The notes under the pieces: generated by a model | The model's database searches: none | What the model was told of the DNA's origin: nothing | Seen by the model: the letters and a program-made list of their open reading frames with translations, nothing else | Assembly (NCBI RefSeq): GCF_018350175.1 | Contig: NC_058368.1 | Location: 61,754,001-61,818,000, forward strand | Length of the DNA: 64,000 nt | Source of the DNA: Felis catus | Taxonomy: Eukaryota | Direction: 5' to 3' | Shown: positions 12,201-24,596 of the stretch, piece by piece | How positions within the stretch are numbered: the first letter of the stretch is position 1 | How the letters are laid out: each line of letters starts with the position of its first letter | Program-made: the position numbers and the translations under genes

Positions 12201-13219
12201 TTAGTCTCACACCAGCTACACCCTGCTGTTTTTCTTGTCAACAGCTTTCGCACATTAACTTTCATCCACGTTTACACGTGGATGTGTGTGAACAGATGTA
12301 CACACACACACACACACAATTTATATATGTAGTATTTGTAAATTATAGATATGTATGTGTGATTTATAAGTTATATATGCACATACAATTTTGAGAACTG
12401 TAGATTCTACTATTTAATTGTATAATAGAATAACCATCTTTTGGATGTAAATCTGAATCAGGGCACTTTGCAACCAATTCCACATGCATCTCTTTCCCAG
12501 AGGTTTCTCAATTTAATAAGAATCTAGGTTGTTGGGACATTTTTAAACCCACCATACTGTGCTGTATTAAGATTTGTATTCATATCATCACTGCAAAACA
12601 AATAATTTACACATTATTAAAATGTTAACTGGATGTAAAATGCATTTGTAATAATGAATATTTTCAACTTTGATAAACTTTCAAAACCTTCACCTTGATT
12701 TCATAAATCAGATGATGAATTCAGAGCATTAATATCCTCCCTGATTTTCACTCTGATGTCTCTGATAATACTGATATAAAACTGAAATCATTTTACTATT
12801 TGTGTAGGTTTTCTGATTATAAATCCAATCCACAAGCAGTTATTGCTTCAATCTGCATACATGTGAAAGAAAACTTGGAAAATGAGCAATACGAATGTAG
12901 CAGAGCAGTTACTGTGTGGTGAAAAGGCATCGTTCACAGAATAAAAAATGCACCTTCTCTGCAACCTTACATGTGAACTCAGCACCTTTGGGCATCTTTT
13001 CTTCATACAAATTGTGCTTTTGAGGTAGATGCTGGCATTTCTTAATTAGTTTACTCATTTGGTTTTCATCTTTCAGGATTACCAGTGCAGTCCCCAGAGT
13101 GAATGATAACTTTCTCAACTATTTTGTTTCCATTTACAGATTCATGAAAAATATAGTAATTGAAAACCTCCACTTCAGTGTTCCATTAATTTCCATTGTT
13201 TCTTTCAGTTTCACTTTTT

Positions 13220-13427
13220 TTTTTTCAACGTTTATTTTTTTTTATTTTTGGGACAGAGAGAGACAGAGCATGAACGAGGGAGGGGCAGAGAGAGAGGGAG
13301 ACACAGAATCAGAAACAGGCTCCAAGCCATCAGCCCAGAGCCTGACATGGGGCTCGATCTCACGGACCGCGAGATCGTGACCTGGCTGAAGTCGGACGCT
13401 TAACCGACTGCGCCACCCAGGCGCCCC
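13220..13427 (-). mobile_element. CanSINE, young SINEC_Fc type
   Basis: Perfect TSD tcagtttcacttttt. Small internal deletion. Confidence 0.97.
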
Positions 13428-13504
13428 TCAGTTTCACTTTTTGAAGTGTTGCTGACAAAACAGTGATTATTACCAAAAACAGCACAATTAAATAAAAGTA
13501 TTTT

Positions 13505-13730
13505 GGGGGTGCCTGGGTGGCTTTATCGGTTGAGCTTCCGACTTCGGCTCAGGTCATGGTCTCACAGCTCGTGAGTTCGAGCCCCATGTCGGGCTCTGTG
13601 CTGACAGCTAAGAGCCTGGAGCCTGCTTCCGCTTCTGTGTCTCCCTCTCTCTCTGCCCCTAACCCACTCGCATTCTGTCTCTGTCTCTCTCAAAAATAAA
13701 TAAACATTAAAAATTTGCAATACTTTTAAA
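13505..13730 (+). mobile_element. CanSINE
   Basis: Full head, CT tract and tail. TSD aaaagtattttg. Confidence 0.95.
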
Positions 13731-14819
13731 AAAGTATTTTGATCCCCGTTATGTAAGAAAAGACAAAAACTCTCTTGTAAACCATCAGACTATTCTCAAT
13801 GCATTCTACATACTGATGCTCCACTTTTATTTCTCACACAAATTTCTCATGCACAGAGCCTTTCATTTTCCTGGTTTCCCAATGACCCCCAAGGACTAGA
13901 GACCTTGCAGCTTTTTTCTTCTGATTGTTCCAGTAGAAACGTGGAACACAAGGTCCAGAGACCTGGACACAATTCTCTGAAGATACAGCGGAATCAAACT
14001 TCTAGGTCCCCCATCAACTACTGGGAATAGCCAGCTCTCCCTGCTGGCTTGTGTTTGAGTGCACAGTGTACGTCAGTGAGCACCCTGCAGTCTGCCCATG
14101 CAAAGAGGTGTTATAGAAATGACGCTTCTGGGCAAGGTCAGTAAAGGAAAGGACAGGTGTTTGCTCCTTCGCTTCAAGTTTAATGATGTATTACTGTGGA
14201 AGTATTTTTATCGCATGTGCACCTCATCCACTAATAGATGACACCATATTTAAAACTGCAAGTGAAAATGGGAGCTATAGCAAAATCCTCCCAGCTCGTT
14301 TTATTGCAAATATAAATAAAATCTTTTGCCAAAAGTGACAAGTATTTGACAAATGTTAACCTGGAGGTGCAAAGGACAAGGTATAAACCAGGACTCTCTC
14401 AGGCAAACCGTGATGCATAGTAAGTTACTCATGATACACAGGTAAAATAGAATCCATCATTTGTGAAATATTTAACATAATTCCCTTAACTGTTCCATAT
14501 AAAGTTGAAGACACATTCTACCATCCATGCCAGTAAATATTATAAATAATATACATTTAAAGATAAGAAATCAGTTCAAAATATCAATTGGGCAGGCACA
14601 TACATCTCTCATATTGAGGGTTGAAAATATTGCTAAAGATCTAATAAATACACATACATCAGCCAATCATTTAAAATCAATATGAGATCTGCCTTTGCCG
14701 TGTTTTATAAAAGGATATTTTGTGTAATAATGTGCGTAAAGCAGGAAACAGTTATTAATCTAAAATGGAACACTTTTAAGAGAGCTTAATGAGCAAAATA
14801 AGTACACAGGAACAAGCAA

Positions 14820-15175
14820 AGCAGAGGAAAACCACAAATAATGGTGTAGTACCCTGGAGTTGGTGAAAATGGAGGCCGAAGGGGGCCCAGGGTGGAAGCA
14901 GATATAGGAACTCATAAAAAGAGCACACGAGGAAGGCAGTCTATTAGGAAGTGTTCCTGGTCCAGGGACACATTGAGGATATGGGGAAAACAGTGGATAT
15001 ATAAATACCCTCATCTCACCCCCCTCCTTTCCTCCTGACCTTTCTCTGGGGATGCCTATTGGCAGATATTACCTGGAGGGCAGAGAGTGACAATCCAGTC
15101 TGCCTTCTGGGGACTGAAGCAGGTGGACAAGGATAAAGAATAGTTCTGGAAGGAAAAGCAGAAGATGACCAGCAG
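14820..15175 (-). mobile_element. ERVL LTR, LTR33-like
   Basis: aaataccctcatctcac...cctattggc...ctggaaggaaaagcagaagatgaccagca resembles antisense LTR33. Confidence 0.65.
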
Positions 15176-15507
15176 AAGGTTATTTTTCTCCCTTATATAA
15201 TGAAAAAATATAATTGATTTTACTTTGATTTTCTGTCTTTGCTGCCAGGAAAATCTAATTCAAGTGACATCTGTCTCTTATTAATTTATCTCAAGTATCA
15301 TTTTTGAAAAGCATTCTCAAGTTATTTGAAGAACGAGGGAGGAATTATTGATTTTTTAAAAATCTGATGATTAAAAATTAATATTTGAAATATTTAACAT
15401 TATCCAGAGCTACTCCTGTAGACATTTTCCTTAATCATTATCCTTGTATTCTTCATAGAGAGAGAAAAACAAAACAAACAAAACAAAACAAAAACCAAAG
15501 AGCAGTT

Positions 15508-15637
15508 TGTGATGATCAGAGTCTGACCTGGTCCTCATAGCTAAGCCATATGATTCTATCACACATAACAATCTCACACAGTACCAATTTCAGACAGAAT
15601 CTAAGACCATGATAAAATGAGACAAACAAGGCCACAT

Positions 15638-15676
<39 letters not shown>

Positions 15677-16003
15677 GCAACAAAACTAGGTAGGTCACTG
15701 TGCAAGCCACAGAATAGCAAATATCCCACTCTCTCACTAAACAACTGACAGCTACTTTTTTACCCAATCATAAAATTGTGACTGCTTTCCGACATCATCC
15801 AATCTCAAATGAATTCCTGATTTCTTAGACCGTCCCACAAATCAACCAAACAGATTCCAAATCCTGTAATAGTGTCCTCCTAAGACCCTGTTCCCAAGAG
15901 GCCAGGCAGTTCCCTCTAGAAAGCATTCACCCTTACAGCAGAGAGTAATTAACCCGAATTGTGTTAAGTGCTCCACATGGTCTTTGACTGAAGGGCATTG
16001 ACA
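15508..16003 (+). mobile_element. Solo LTR, ERV1 MER110/MER90-like, with internal (TG)n at 15644-15674
   Basis: TG...CA ends. 3' terminus ggtctttgactgaagggcattgaca. Confidence 0.65.
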
Positions 16004-16088
16004 ATAGCTATCCTTGTAGAGAAACTGCTGTGGGCCTTATTCATTACTTGCATTCCAGTATGACTTTCTTAAAAATAATAACAATACT

Positions 16089-16307
16089 GGGGCGCCTGGG
16101 TGGCTCAGTCGGTTAAGCGTCCGACTTCGCTGAGGTCATGATCTCGCGGTCCGTGAGTTCGAGCCCCGCGTCGGGCGCTGTGCTGACAGCTCGGAGCCTG
16201 TAGCCTGTTTCAGATTCTGTGTCTCCCTCTCGCTGCCCCTCCCCCGTTCATGCTCTGTCTCTCTCTGTCTCAAAAATCAATAAACGTTAAAAAAAATTAA
16301 AAAAAAT
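16089..16307 (+). mobile_element. CanSINE, young and CpG-rich
   Basis: ggggcgcctgggtggctcagtcggttaagcgtccg head, intact B box gagttcgagcc and A tail. Confidence 0.97.
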
Positions 16308-17727
16308 GATACAATAGATAATTTGAAAAAGCCAACTTGTTACAGATTTAATATGATCGATTATATCAGGTGCCAAAGTTGGGAAAACTTTTATGTTAGT
16401 AGATTATAGTTGGCAGCAAAGCTTTTAAAATGACAATTGCTAAACCTTTTTATAGCTAAATTGTATGTTAATTATTAAAATTCCTTAATAATATTCACTG
16501 CTTGTAGATATGTTTCACTTCGGTAGAAAGTAGTGTTAATTGTAGAACAAGAAGATGACAAGTACTTAGATGCCTACCTAGAGGAATTTATGAACTTAAT
16601 TCTTACATCAAAATAGATATGAGAGAAAAATATTTGAGAAGATAATGAGAATTGTCCATCAGATGGTTAATCCAATGTATTTCCAAAAATGGCTTTGGGA
16701 ATTCACATATTAAAAACATTTATAAGTTGAAGAAAACATATATATTAAATTTTCTTTGAGTCTGGAATGTTTTTCAAACTTTTATTTTCAATTTTGTACA
16801 TAAAATCAATCACATAGCCACACATATTTTAATCAAAACTGTATAACAATATAATAGACAGCAGCTGTGGAAGCAGTGGCTAAATGCCTTTCCCTGACCA
16901 AAAGGGGAGTACCTCATTTTATTTTTCTTTTTGTAGTATGAAAGTATCAAATTTGTGCTTTTTAACTGTCTCCCAGTGCTAGTAACAAAAGGTACACTTT
17001 TGTGAAATAACTTGTTTTCACCATAAGTTTTACTTTCATAAAATGATTAGTCTCCCCGGGAAACCAAGCCAGTTGAGTTAAAAATATTATCATCCTTAGT
17101 GTAACATTTTGCGTCAACTATTGGTATTCAGTATTGGTATTCAGTTTTCAATATTAATCAACAATTATTACTAAAGATACAGAAGAGTGTATATGAGTTT
17201 GTTTAATCTGAGTTTGGTGATATAATTTTCTGTAGGGTGCAACAGGGTAAGCAAAAAAAAAGTTGATAATTTTCTATCCCTCCCAGAAAGACAAAATATA
17301 ATCATGTGATTATTATTTTCTTTGTAAATACAATCTTGAATTCATATGACAGTGAACTGAGGGTTTACTTAACTTTAATTCTCATAATACCTTGAGGTAT
17401 CTTCAGTTTGTAAAATGGACTGAGAATTCAGTGAAGAATCTGAAGATCGGATTTTATATATCTTATTTCTAACCACGTAGCTTGAACTGTTCTGGCTGGG
17501 ATAGGAATCAGGATGTCACTTTCAGTAACACTTAAGTAATGTTGAACCATTGGATTATATAGTTCTGTACATTTTGAAAACTTACAAATATTTATAATTT
17601 TCATAAAAACTGCTTTCTATTCTATTTGTTATGTGTCTGTTCCCACAGCAAGCTGTAACCTTATTTATAATAAACAGTATCTTTAGAGTGGGTTAACAGC
17701 ATAAAAGTTACATCATACCTGTTTCTT

Positions 17728-17954
17728 TTTTTTTTTTTTAATTTTTTTTTTCAACATTTATTTATTTTTGGGACAGAGAGAGACACAGCATGAACGGGGG
17801 AGGGGCAGAGAGAGAGGGAGACACAGATACAGAAACAGGCTCCAGGCTCTGAGCCATCAGCCCAGAGCCCGACGAGGGGCTCGAACTCACGGACCGCAAG
17901 ATCGTGACCTGGCTGAAGTCGGACGCTTAACCGACTGCGCCACCCAGGCACCCC
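17728..17954 (-). mobile_element. CanSINE, young SINEC_Fc type
   Basis: Perfect TSD catacctgtttctt. Confidence 0.97.
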
Positions 17955-19439
17955 ACATACCTGTTTCTTAAGAAAGGAATACACCGACTTGGTTTCGTAT
18001 AAATTAACTGTGAGTTAATACAATATGATAGAGTAGGGATAAGAAGGAAAATGGGAAGTGCCACATGTGAAACAAACAGAGGACCACTCCCAGTGCCTTT
18101 TCTAGTCTCTGGGTTATATTCATCCAAAGTCAACTTTTCTGAAAAAAAAAAAATCAACTTCTCATTGTTCTCAAGCAAATTGTCTTGTCTAGGGGCAAAA
18201 AATGTCCCCCGCTCCTCTCAAGTGTAAATGTAATTCATTTTCCAGGAATAAGAAAAGACTTTGTACTCTTGTATAAGGAGGTAATACATTAAAAAAATGA
18301 AAAGTCAGTACAGATTCCCTTATGGAATTTTGCACAGCACGCTTCGCCTTTTGAGCAGATGAACAACAAACTTATTCTTACAGTTCTCTAAACTCAATAG
18401 CTCAATGTTAATTTTAAACTCAGGAACTACTAAGACAATATTAATTTAAAGTTCTTAAATTCCTCATCATTTCTTCTGATGGAGCAGAGTTTGTTGTTTT
18501 CTTTTTTTTTTTTTCTTTCCAGAAGTCTTTTGTGAAAATGAATACGCATTTTGCATTAGCATAACCTTTAAACTTCATAAGCTGATAAAGTACAAAGCTT
18601 GGTTTGGTGCCGACTTCAGAAAGAGCTTTATCTTAGGAGAAAGTTTTCTCACTCAGCGTTCTCTAGGGTTTCACGACGTATGAGAAAATGTACTTCAGTA
18701 ACTACCAATTACAAGTTTGTGATTTAGGAAAAGTCAATTAGCCATAAAGCATGTATAACTAAGAATGTAGACTTTAAACTCTTCAATCAGGTATAAAGTC
18801 ACAATATTGTATGTTGGCCAACATTTTATACTCTTTTATCTTTAATTAGCATGTCCCTTTCCTTATTTGAAAGTCTAAATATTTAACAAATATCCTTAAT
18901 TCAAATGTAAATCAGTATTTTATTGAAAATTGTGGTCTTTAATACAATTTATTTATAATTTTAATAAATATCTTAACAATGGGAAACCATGCCTTTTTCT
19001 TACTGATGTTGTCTTTTAAAGATTTCCCATATTTATTTTTCATTTTTATTTACTTTATCATTATGAACATGGTGTCAGTTTTAATAATCCTGAAATTCAT
19101 CTATTGAAAAACATTTTGATCCCTCTGGTATGATAATATTAAATATTTTACTCAAATAATTTCATCACTCTTAATTATCTCTATCATTTATTAAAAATGA
19201 AAATAGCAAGGGCTTAAAATTAGGAAAAACTATAGCTAAGTAATAAATACATTGATATTTTGGTGCATGCGTAGCTGTTATACTACGTTTTATAGTTAAG
19301 AGACAGCAAAAAGTTAAAATTTTCATTGAGTCTTTATATATTTATTTAACATAGACTATGTGTAAAGTCCTGTTCTACAAAGAGTTCACAATTTAATGCA
19401 GGAGACGACATAAATGATAATTGTAAAAGAATCCGGTAC

Positions 19440-19737
19440 ACGGAACGACAAACATGTTCTGTTAAGTGCCAGATAACAAGTAGTTTCAGCTTTGCACACC
19501 ATACATTCCCCACGACTACTCAGCTCCATTGCTAAACGCAAAAGCAGCCATAGACAATATGTGAGTGAGCATGGAGGGGTTCCGATAAAACTTAATATAT
19601 GACGGAAATTTGAATTTCATTCTATTTTTATACGTCTCAGAATATTATTCTTCACTTGATTTTTTTCAACCATTTTCATGTATAAAAAAATAGCTGGCTG
19701 GCTATACAAAATCAAGCATTTGGCTGAATTTGGCCAA
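19440..19737 (+). mobile_element. hAT-Charlie MITE, MER58B-like
   Basis: actactcagctc...aaagcagccatagacaata...aatttgaatttcat...gaatttggcc. Confidence 0.85.
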
Positions 19738-19743
19738 GAAATC

Positions 19744-19945
19744 TGTATTATATTCCCATTGCCACTGTAGCAAATTACCACAAACATGCTGGCTTAAAAC
19801 AACAGAAATTTATTCCCCCCAAATTCTAGACACCAGAAGTTTGAAATAAATTTCAAGGTGTTGGTGGAGCTGCATATCCTCCAGAGGCTTCAGGAGAAAC
19901 TCGATTTCTTGCTCATTTCACGTTCTGGTAGCTGCTGGCATTTAC
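19744..19945 (-). mobile_element. MaLR LTR fragment, MLT1B/C-like
   Basis: caaattaccacaaac...ggcttaaaacaacagaaatttatt. Confidence 0.85.
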
Positions 19946-20688
19946 TCCACTCTCTCTACGCTTTCCTGTGCACACTGGGTCCCTCATGTGATCCTGCCAA
20001 TCCTCCCTTCAGTAAGTTCTAGTTTGCACCAAGAATGTCTTGCCTGGTGATCACTCTGGCTTGCTTCACTCAAGAGAAATGATGGAAGTTTTCCTGTTGC
20101 ACCTGACATATAAAATGATTTTCTTAGGGTAAAGACACAGTTAAATATTCTGAGCAATGGGATAGTCTGAGTATAGCCACAGAGGTAAAATTAAATAAGG
20201 AAATAAATAATAATTAAAAAAATACCTTATAGCTATGAAAGAATTTTAGTACTTCTGGAGGATAAAGTAATTGGAAGAAAATGGTGAGTTTGGAAGGGTA
20301 AAAATGTCAAAAGCATAATGATAAGTTAAGACTTTATTCAAATGCAGCGATTTGGGTAGGTGGAAGGGTGAATGGTGGGTTTTGCATTTTGATTTTTGTT
20401 ACCATGGCTGCAATATAGAAGACAGATTTGTAGATAATTCTGGCTGCAGTCAATATCTCTTTTCAGGGGCCCAGGTGGTATAAGTTGAAGACTGGGCTTA
20501 AATTAAGACATTCTTGATGTGCTTAAGAGGAAATGATGTATTTCATATATACAATATTTAGGAAGCCAAGTGGACAGGTAGTGGGTAGTATGCATTTGGG
20601 ACAGAGTCAAATGTATCTCCTGGTATATATATAACTTGGGTGGAAAATATATGACGGTGCACAAAGTGTAGTAAAGACTCTAGGTGAC

Positions 20689-21367
20689 TGTTAGGAGCTC
20701 AGCTGATCTGGGAGAGAGCCAGCTGCATTGTTAGATGTCAAAGTAACCCATTAAGCCCCAAAATGGGAACCTTTAATCACTTACCGCAAGGGTATAAGCA
20801 AGAGGTTAAAGCCAGAGAAGGCGCTGACTCCCTCTGTTCCATTTCTCCCCATGGGGCAGCACACCAGTGGAGGGTCAGGTGGGTCAGCACAGACATAGGG
20901 GTCTTCTCACCATTGGGGGAGCTCGAGCAAAAGGCTTTGGCAGTCTTAGGGACCCTGGGGTGAAGGGGAGAAGGTGGAGGAAGGCTCAGAGCAGGAAAGT
21001 ACTGGGAACTGAGTCAGAGTAGGGTAAGCTGTCTGGTTTCAAGTTCAAAGTTCCCCTTCTCCCCTTGTAAGAGACTTCAGCAAAGGTTCCCCAAGAAAAC
21101 CTCTGCCCAAAGCCTATGAATGGTGACACCTGGGCTACCAATGCAAATATGTGAGGAGCATGATGCACACTGGGGGGAAATGGAGGAACCTGAGTCCTCA
21201 ACTGCAACTCTTTTCAGGCACTGCAGTGTATGGGCTGTGCCCCAGACCTGGTGTGGGGAGGACGGCTTCTCCCCCAAAGCCTGTGGGTAAAGGCTTCTTT
21301 TTGCCTGAGATCAGGCCTGAAAAAATCACACCTAGGCCTTTAACCAGGAGCCTGACTCCCAGTAACA
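20689..21367 (-). mobile_element. Solo LTR, family unassigned (possibly carnivore ERV), inserted in L2
   Basis: Inverted termini TGTTA...TAACA and minus-strand ATTAAA at 20772-20777. GC-richer than its flanks, with L2-like sequence on both sides. Confidence 0.65.
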
Positions 21368-21654
21368 AATACTATTTGGAGAGAAAGGTCATTTTAGTTT
21401 TATAAATGCTGTTTTTGATGAGCCTGTGAGACAAAAAAAAAAATTGTAAGTAGTGTAAAGGGGAGTATAAGTTTGTGAAGAGCTGAGGTAGAGATCTCGG
21501 AATTGACAGCACTGGTTGCTAATTGGGACAAGAAATGAAGAAAATGGCCACTCAAGAATAATCTGAGTGAAAAGATGGGAGAGACAAAGGTAAAATCTTG
21601 GCACACGGAAACAGTCAGAAGATAGGAGACAAATCATTCAAAAAGATAGACAGG

Positions 21655-22367
21655 TGAGATAAATAAGTTTAAGTTTAGACCAGAAAGGATCTGGTCACAA
21701 TAGAACACAAGCAGGTAATTTTGCATAAAAAGGCTATACATATAAACAAACAAAGAGGAAGCACAGCAGCTTTACTTATAAGTAAGTCAAGTCAAAACAA
21801 TGAAAACTACAACCTCTCACATGCTGCAAACTCAGCTCTAAATTTGTGCAGGTTGAACAAAGTTGATGAGGTTCTATCCAAGGTAATAGAGCATCTGTGT
21901 GTTGCAAGGCCCCTAATTCCATGTGCTGCCTTCACCTCTGAGTCTCTTTTCAACACATATGCCCCCACTTTACAGAAAAGGCTCCCTGCCCAGCCAGGTC
22001 CTCTGTCAGCTGGACCACCTGTACCCCATCTGGTCCTCAACCTTCCTTCCAGTCCAAGAAGTATTCAAACAAGTCAGTCACATTCTCCTGTAGGAACCAG
22101 ACAGGGCCCCTTTTCCCTGTAAATACAAGGCCTACCCTCAGAGCCCTGTTTCATGCTGTTCCTTAATTCACCCCTCCCCCACCTTGTGTAGCCTTGCCTT
22201 GCACATGGTGTCCTCCTCCCTCAGGCTGTGAGTATATGTGACTAATAACTGCTACTAGCCACATCTTTCAAGTGAATATGACGAATAACTGCTACTAATC
22301 ACATCTTTCCAGTATTCTATTTGGCCATCCTGTACTGTTTAGGATCAGGAAACCCTCTTTACCAACA
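21655..22367 (+). mobile_element. ERVL LTR, MER74-like
   Basis: TG start. 3' motifs gtgtcctcctccc...gctgtgagtatatgtgactaataa...ttggccatcc...accaaca. Confidence 0.65.
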
Positions 22368-22684
22368 GAAAGATCTTCCCCTGAAGGTTTATCTAAATGA
22401 TAACAGAAATAAAGAGGGGGATTGAATTTCAATTGTCTTAGCAATGATTGAATGGAAGTGATCTATGGTCCTTTGACAAAATATTAGGAAAAGGGAAAGA
22501 TGATAGAAAGATATAGTGGACAGAACTGAATGGGTGCAGCCACATCCCAGAAAACACAAAGGAGATGTTAGAGGAGTGCATCTTCCTGAGGAACTCTTCA
22601 GAGATGGCCAAAATAAAAATTCCTTACAAATTTGAAATTTCAAATGTGAAATGTCTGCACCATCCCCATGATCCCCCTCTCCCT

Positions 22685-22685
<1 letters not shown>

Positions 22686-22731
<46 letters not shown>

Positions 22732-22740
22732 CACACACAC
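22686..22740. repeat. (CA)n microsatellite
   Basis: Long CA run. Confidence 0.98.
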
Positions 22741-23289
22741 CTGGATCTGCATTATTTCTTTTGGGATAAAATAAGAAAAATACCTCAAAATTATTTATTG
22801 ATATTTCTGGGGGCCATTTTTTCTTGGATGATGAGCATAGAAACCAGACAAAAGCTTGCCTTATTTGGCAGTGGAATGGAGGTAGGTGGGTCTGACCCAC
22901 CTTCTTACTCCTCCTTACTCATCCTGAGATAAAGTTGGTCCATCAACACACCCTTCCCCGCTACCCAATATACTGTCCTCAAAGTCAGCTCATAAATTCA
23001 GGGGAAAATATTTCACAGGGATCCCATGGCTATTGAAGAAAACCACAGCATCAAAGAGAAGAACTAGGTGGAACCAAAAATGAAACACCAGACAAACAAA
23101 AACGACCCAAAGTAACACTGACAATTCAGAAAGAAGAATTTTAGAAGTTCTATAGTCTATTTGACTTTTCCTTCCTAAGAAAACCATGTTGTTTTTTTCC
23201 TCTGACAGTTTTCTGCATTTCCTTTCTATCATCATTATACTGAAATGTCAGGGAGAGTTACTAGGCATTATTTACAAGTCCTCCTGCAC

Positions 23290-23650
23290 AGGTTGTTCCT
23301 TTTCACTGATTTTCATCTGGATAAGCACAGGAGGCTCCCTGGCTTCCTTCAAGTCTTTATGCAAGGTTACCTCCTTTGTGAAGAGCTCCCTGACCACCCT
23401 ACCTAAAATATTAACCTGCTTCCGGGACACTTTGTATCCTCTTTGTTGATGTAATTGTTGCTGTTTAGAACATATCACTTGTTAATATACTATATTTGTG
23501 TTGTTATATTGTTCTTTTCCTCCACTAAAATGTCTGCTAAGTACAGAGATACTAATATCTTTTGTTTTATCACTGTATTCTCAGCTCCTATAGTATTACT
23601 CCTAGAGTATTAAAATTGTTCAATTTATGTTTACTGAAGGAATAAATGAC
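23290..23650 (+). mobile_element. L2a 3' end
   Basis: cttccttcaagtcttt...ccctgaccacccta...tcactgtattctcag...gaaggaataaatga. Confidence 0.8.
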
Positions 23651-24037
23651 TCATTTGGGGGGAAAGTACAACAATGTACTATTTTATTTTATTTTATTTT
23701 ATTTTTTTTTATTTTATTTTAAGCAAGAACCTTTTGATAGTTGACGGAAGTGGTTAAAAAAAGGAACTAGATTTAATAGAATTAGGCAGAGGGGAGATGA
23801 GATGTGAATGAGGAGTGAAATTTCTGGAAGGACACAAAATAAGAAAGAGTTGGATATTTGAATTTTAAAACCTGAGATGGAATAATATGAGATGGTAACA
23901 AGATCCATGGAGAGATCTACTGTATGGTAATAAACCCTACAGGCAAGTGGGATGAGGGTGTCTGGCAAAATTATTGTTGTCTTGGAAGATGGTCAAGATG
24001 CCAGTATCGAAAAATATATCATGTACAGGAAATGCTA

Positions 24038-24596
24038 TGCATTAGCCAGTTCTCCAGAGAAACAACCAATGGTATCTACATAGGTATGTGGAAACAGACT
24101 CATTTTGAGGGATTGGCTCATGCAGTTAGGGAGGCTGGAGACCCCATGATCTGCTGTCTGCAAGCTGAAGACACAGGAAAGCCAGTGGTGTGTTTCCAGT
24201 TCAACCCCAAAGGCCTGCAGATCAGGGGAGTCAGTGGTATAAATTCTCATCTAAATCTGAAGGTCTGAGAGCTGGAGGCCAATGGTGTAAGTCCTTGTCT
24301 ATGTCTGAAGACCTGAGAACCAGGAATACAGATGTCCAAGGATAGCAAAAGATGGGTCTCTCAGTTCAAGCAGAGTAAACTTGCTCTTTTTCTGCATTTT
24401 TGTTCTATTCAGGCCCTCAATGCATTGGATAATGCCCACTTGCTTTAATGACAACAATCTTCTTTACTCAGTATAGTGATTCGAATACTAATCTGTTCTT
24501 GAGACACTCTCACAGACACACCCAGAAATAATGTTTTACCAGCTCTCCAGGCATCCCTTAGCCCAGCCGAGTTGACACATAAAATTAACAGTCACA
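24038..24596 (-). mobile_element. ERVL LTR, MLT2B-like, near full length
   Basis: ttctccagagaaaca...gattggctcatgc...cacagacacacccagaaataatg...ttgacacataaaattaacagtcaca. Confidence 0.92.

Noticed and set aside
16089..16170. tRNA-like A and B boxes
   Set aside because: These are the tRNA-derived heads of CanSINEs, followed by a CT tract and A tail. They are not tRNA genes.
17119..17144. 13-bp direct repeat tattggtattcag x2
   Set aside because: An ordinary slippage duplication with no further structure.
21721..22122. 133-aa ORF
   Set aside because: It lies wholly within an LTR and has a non-ATG start.
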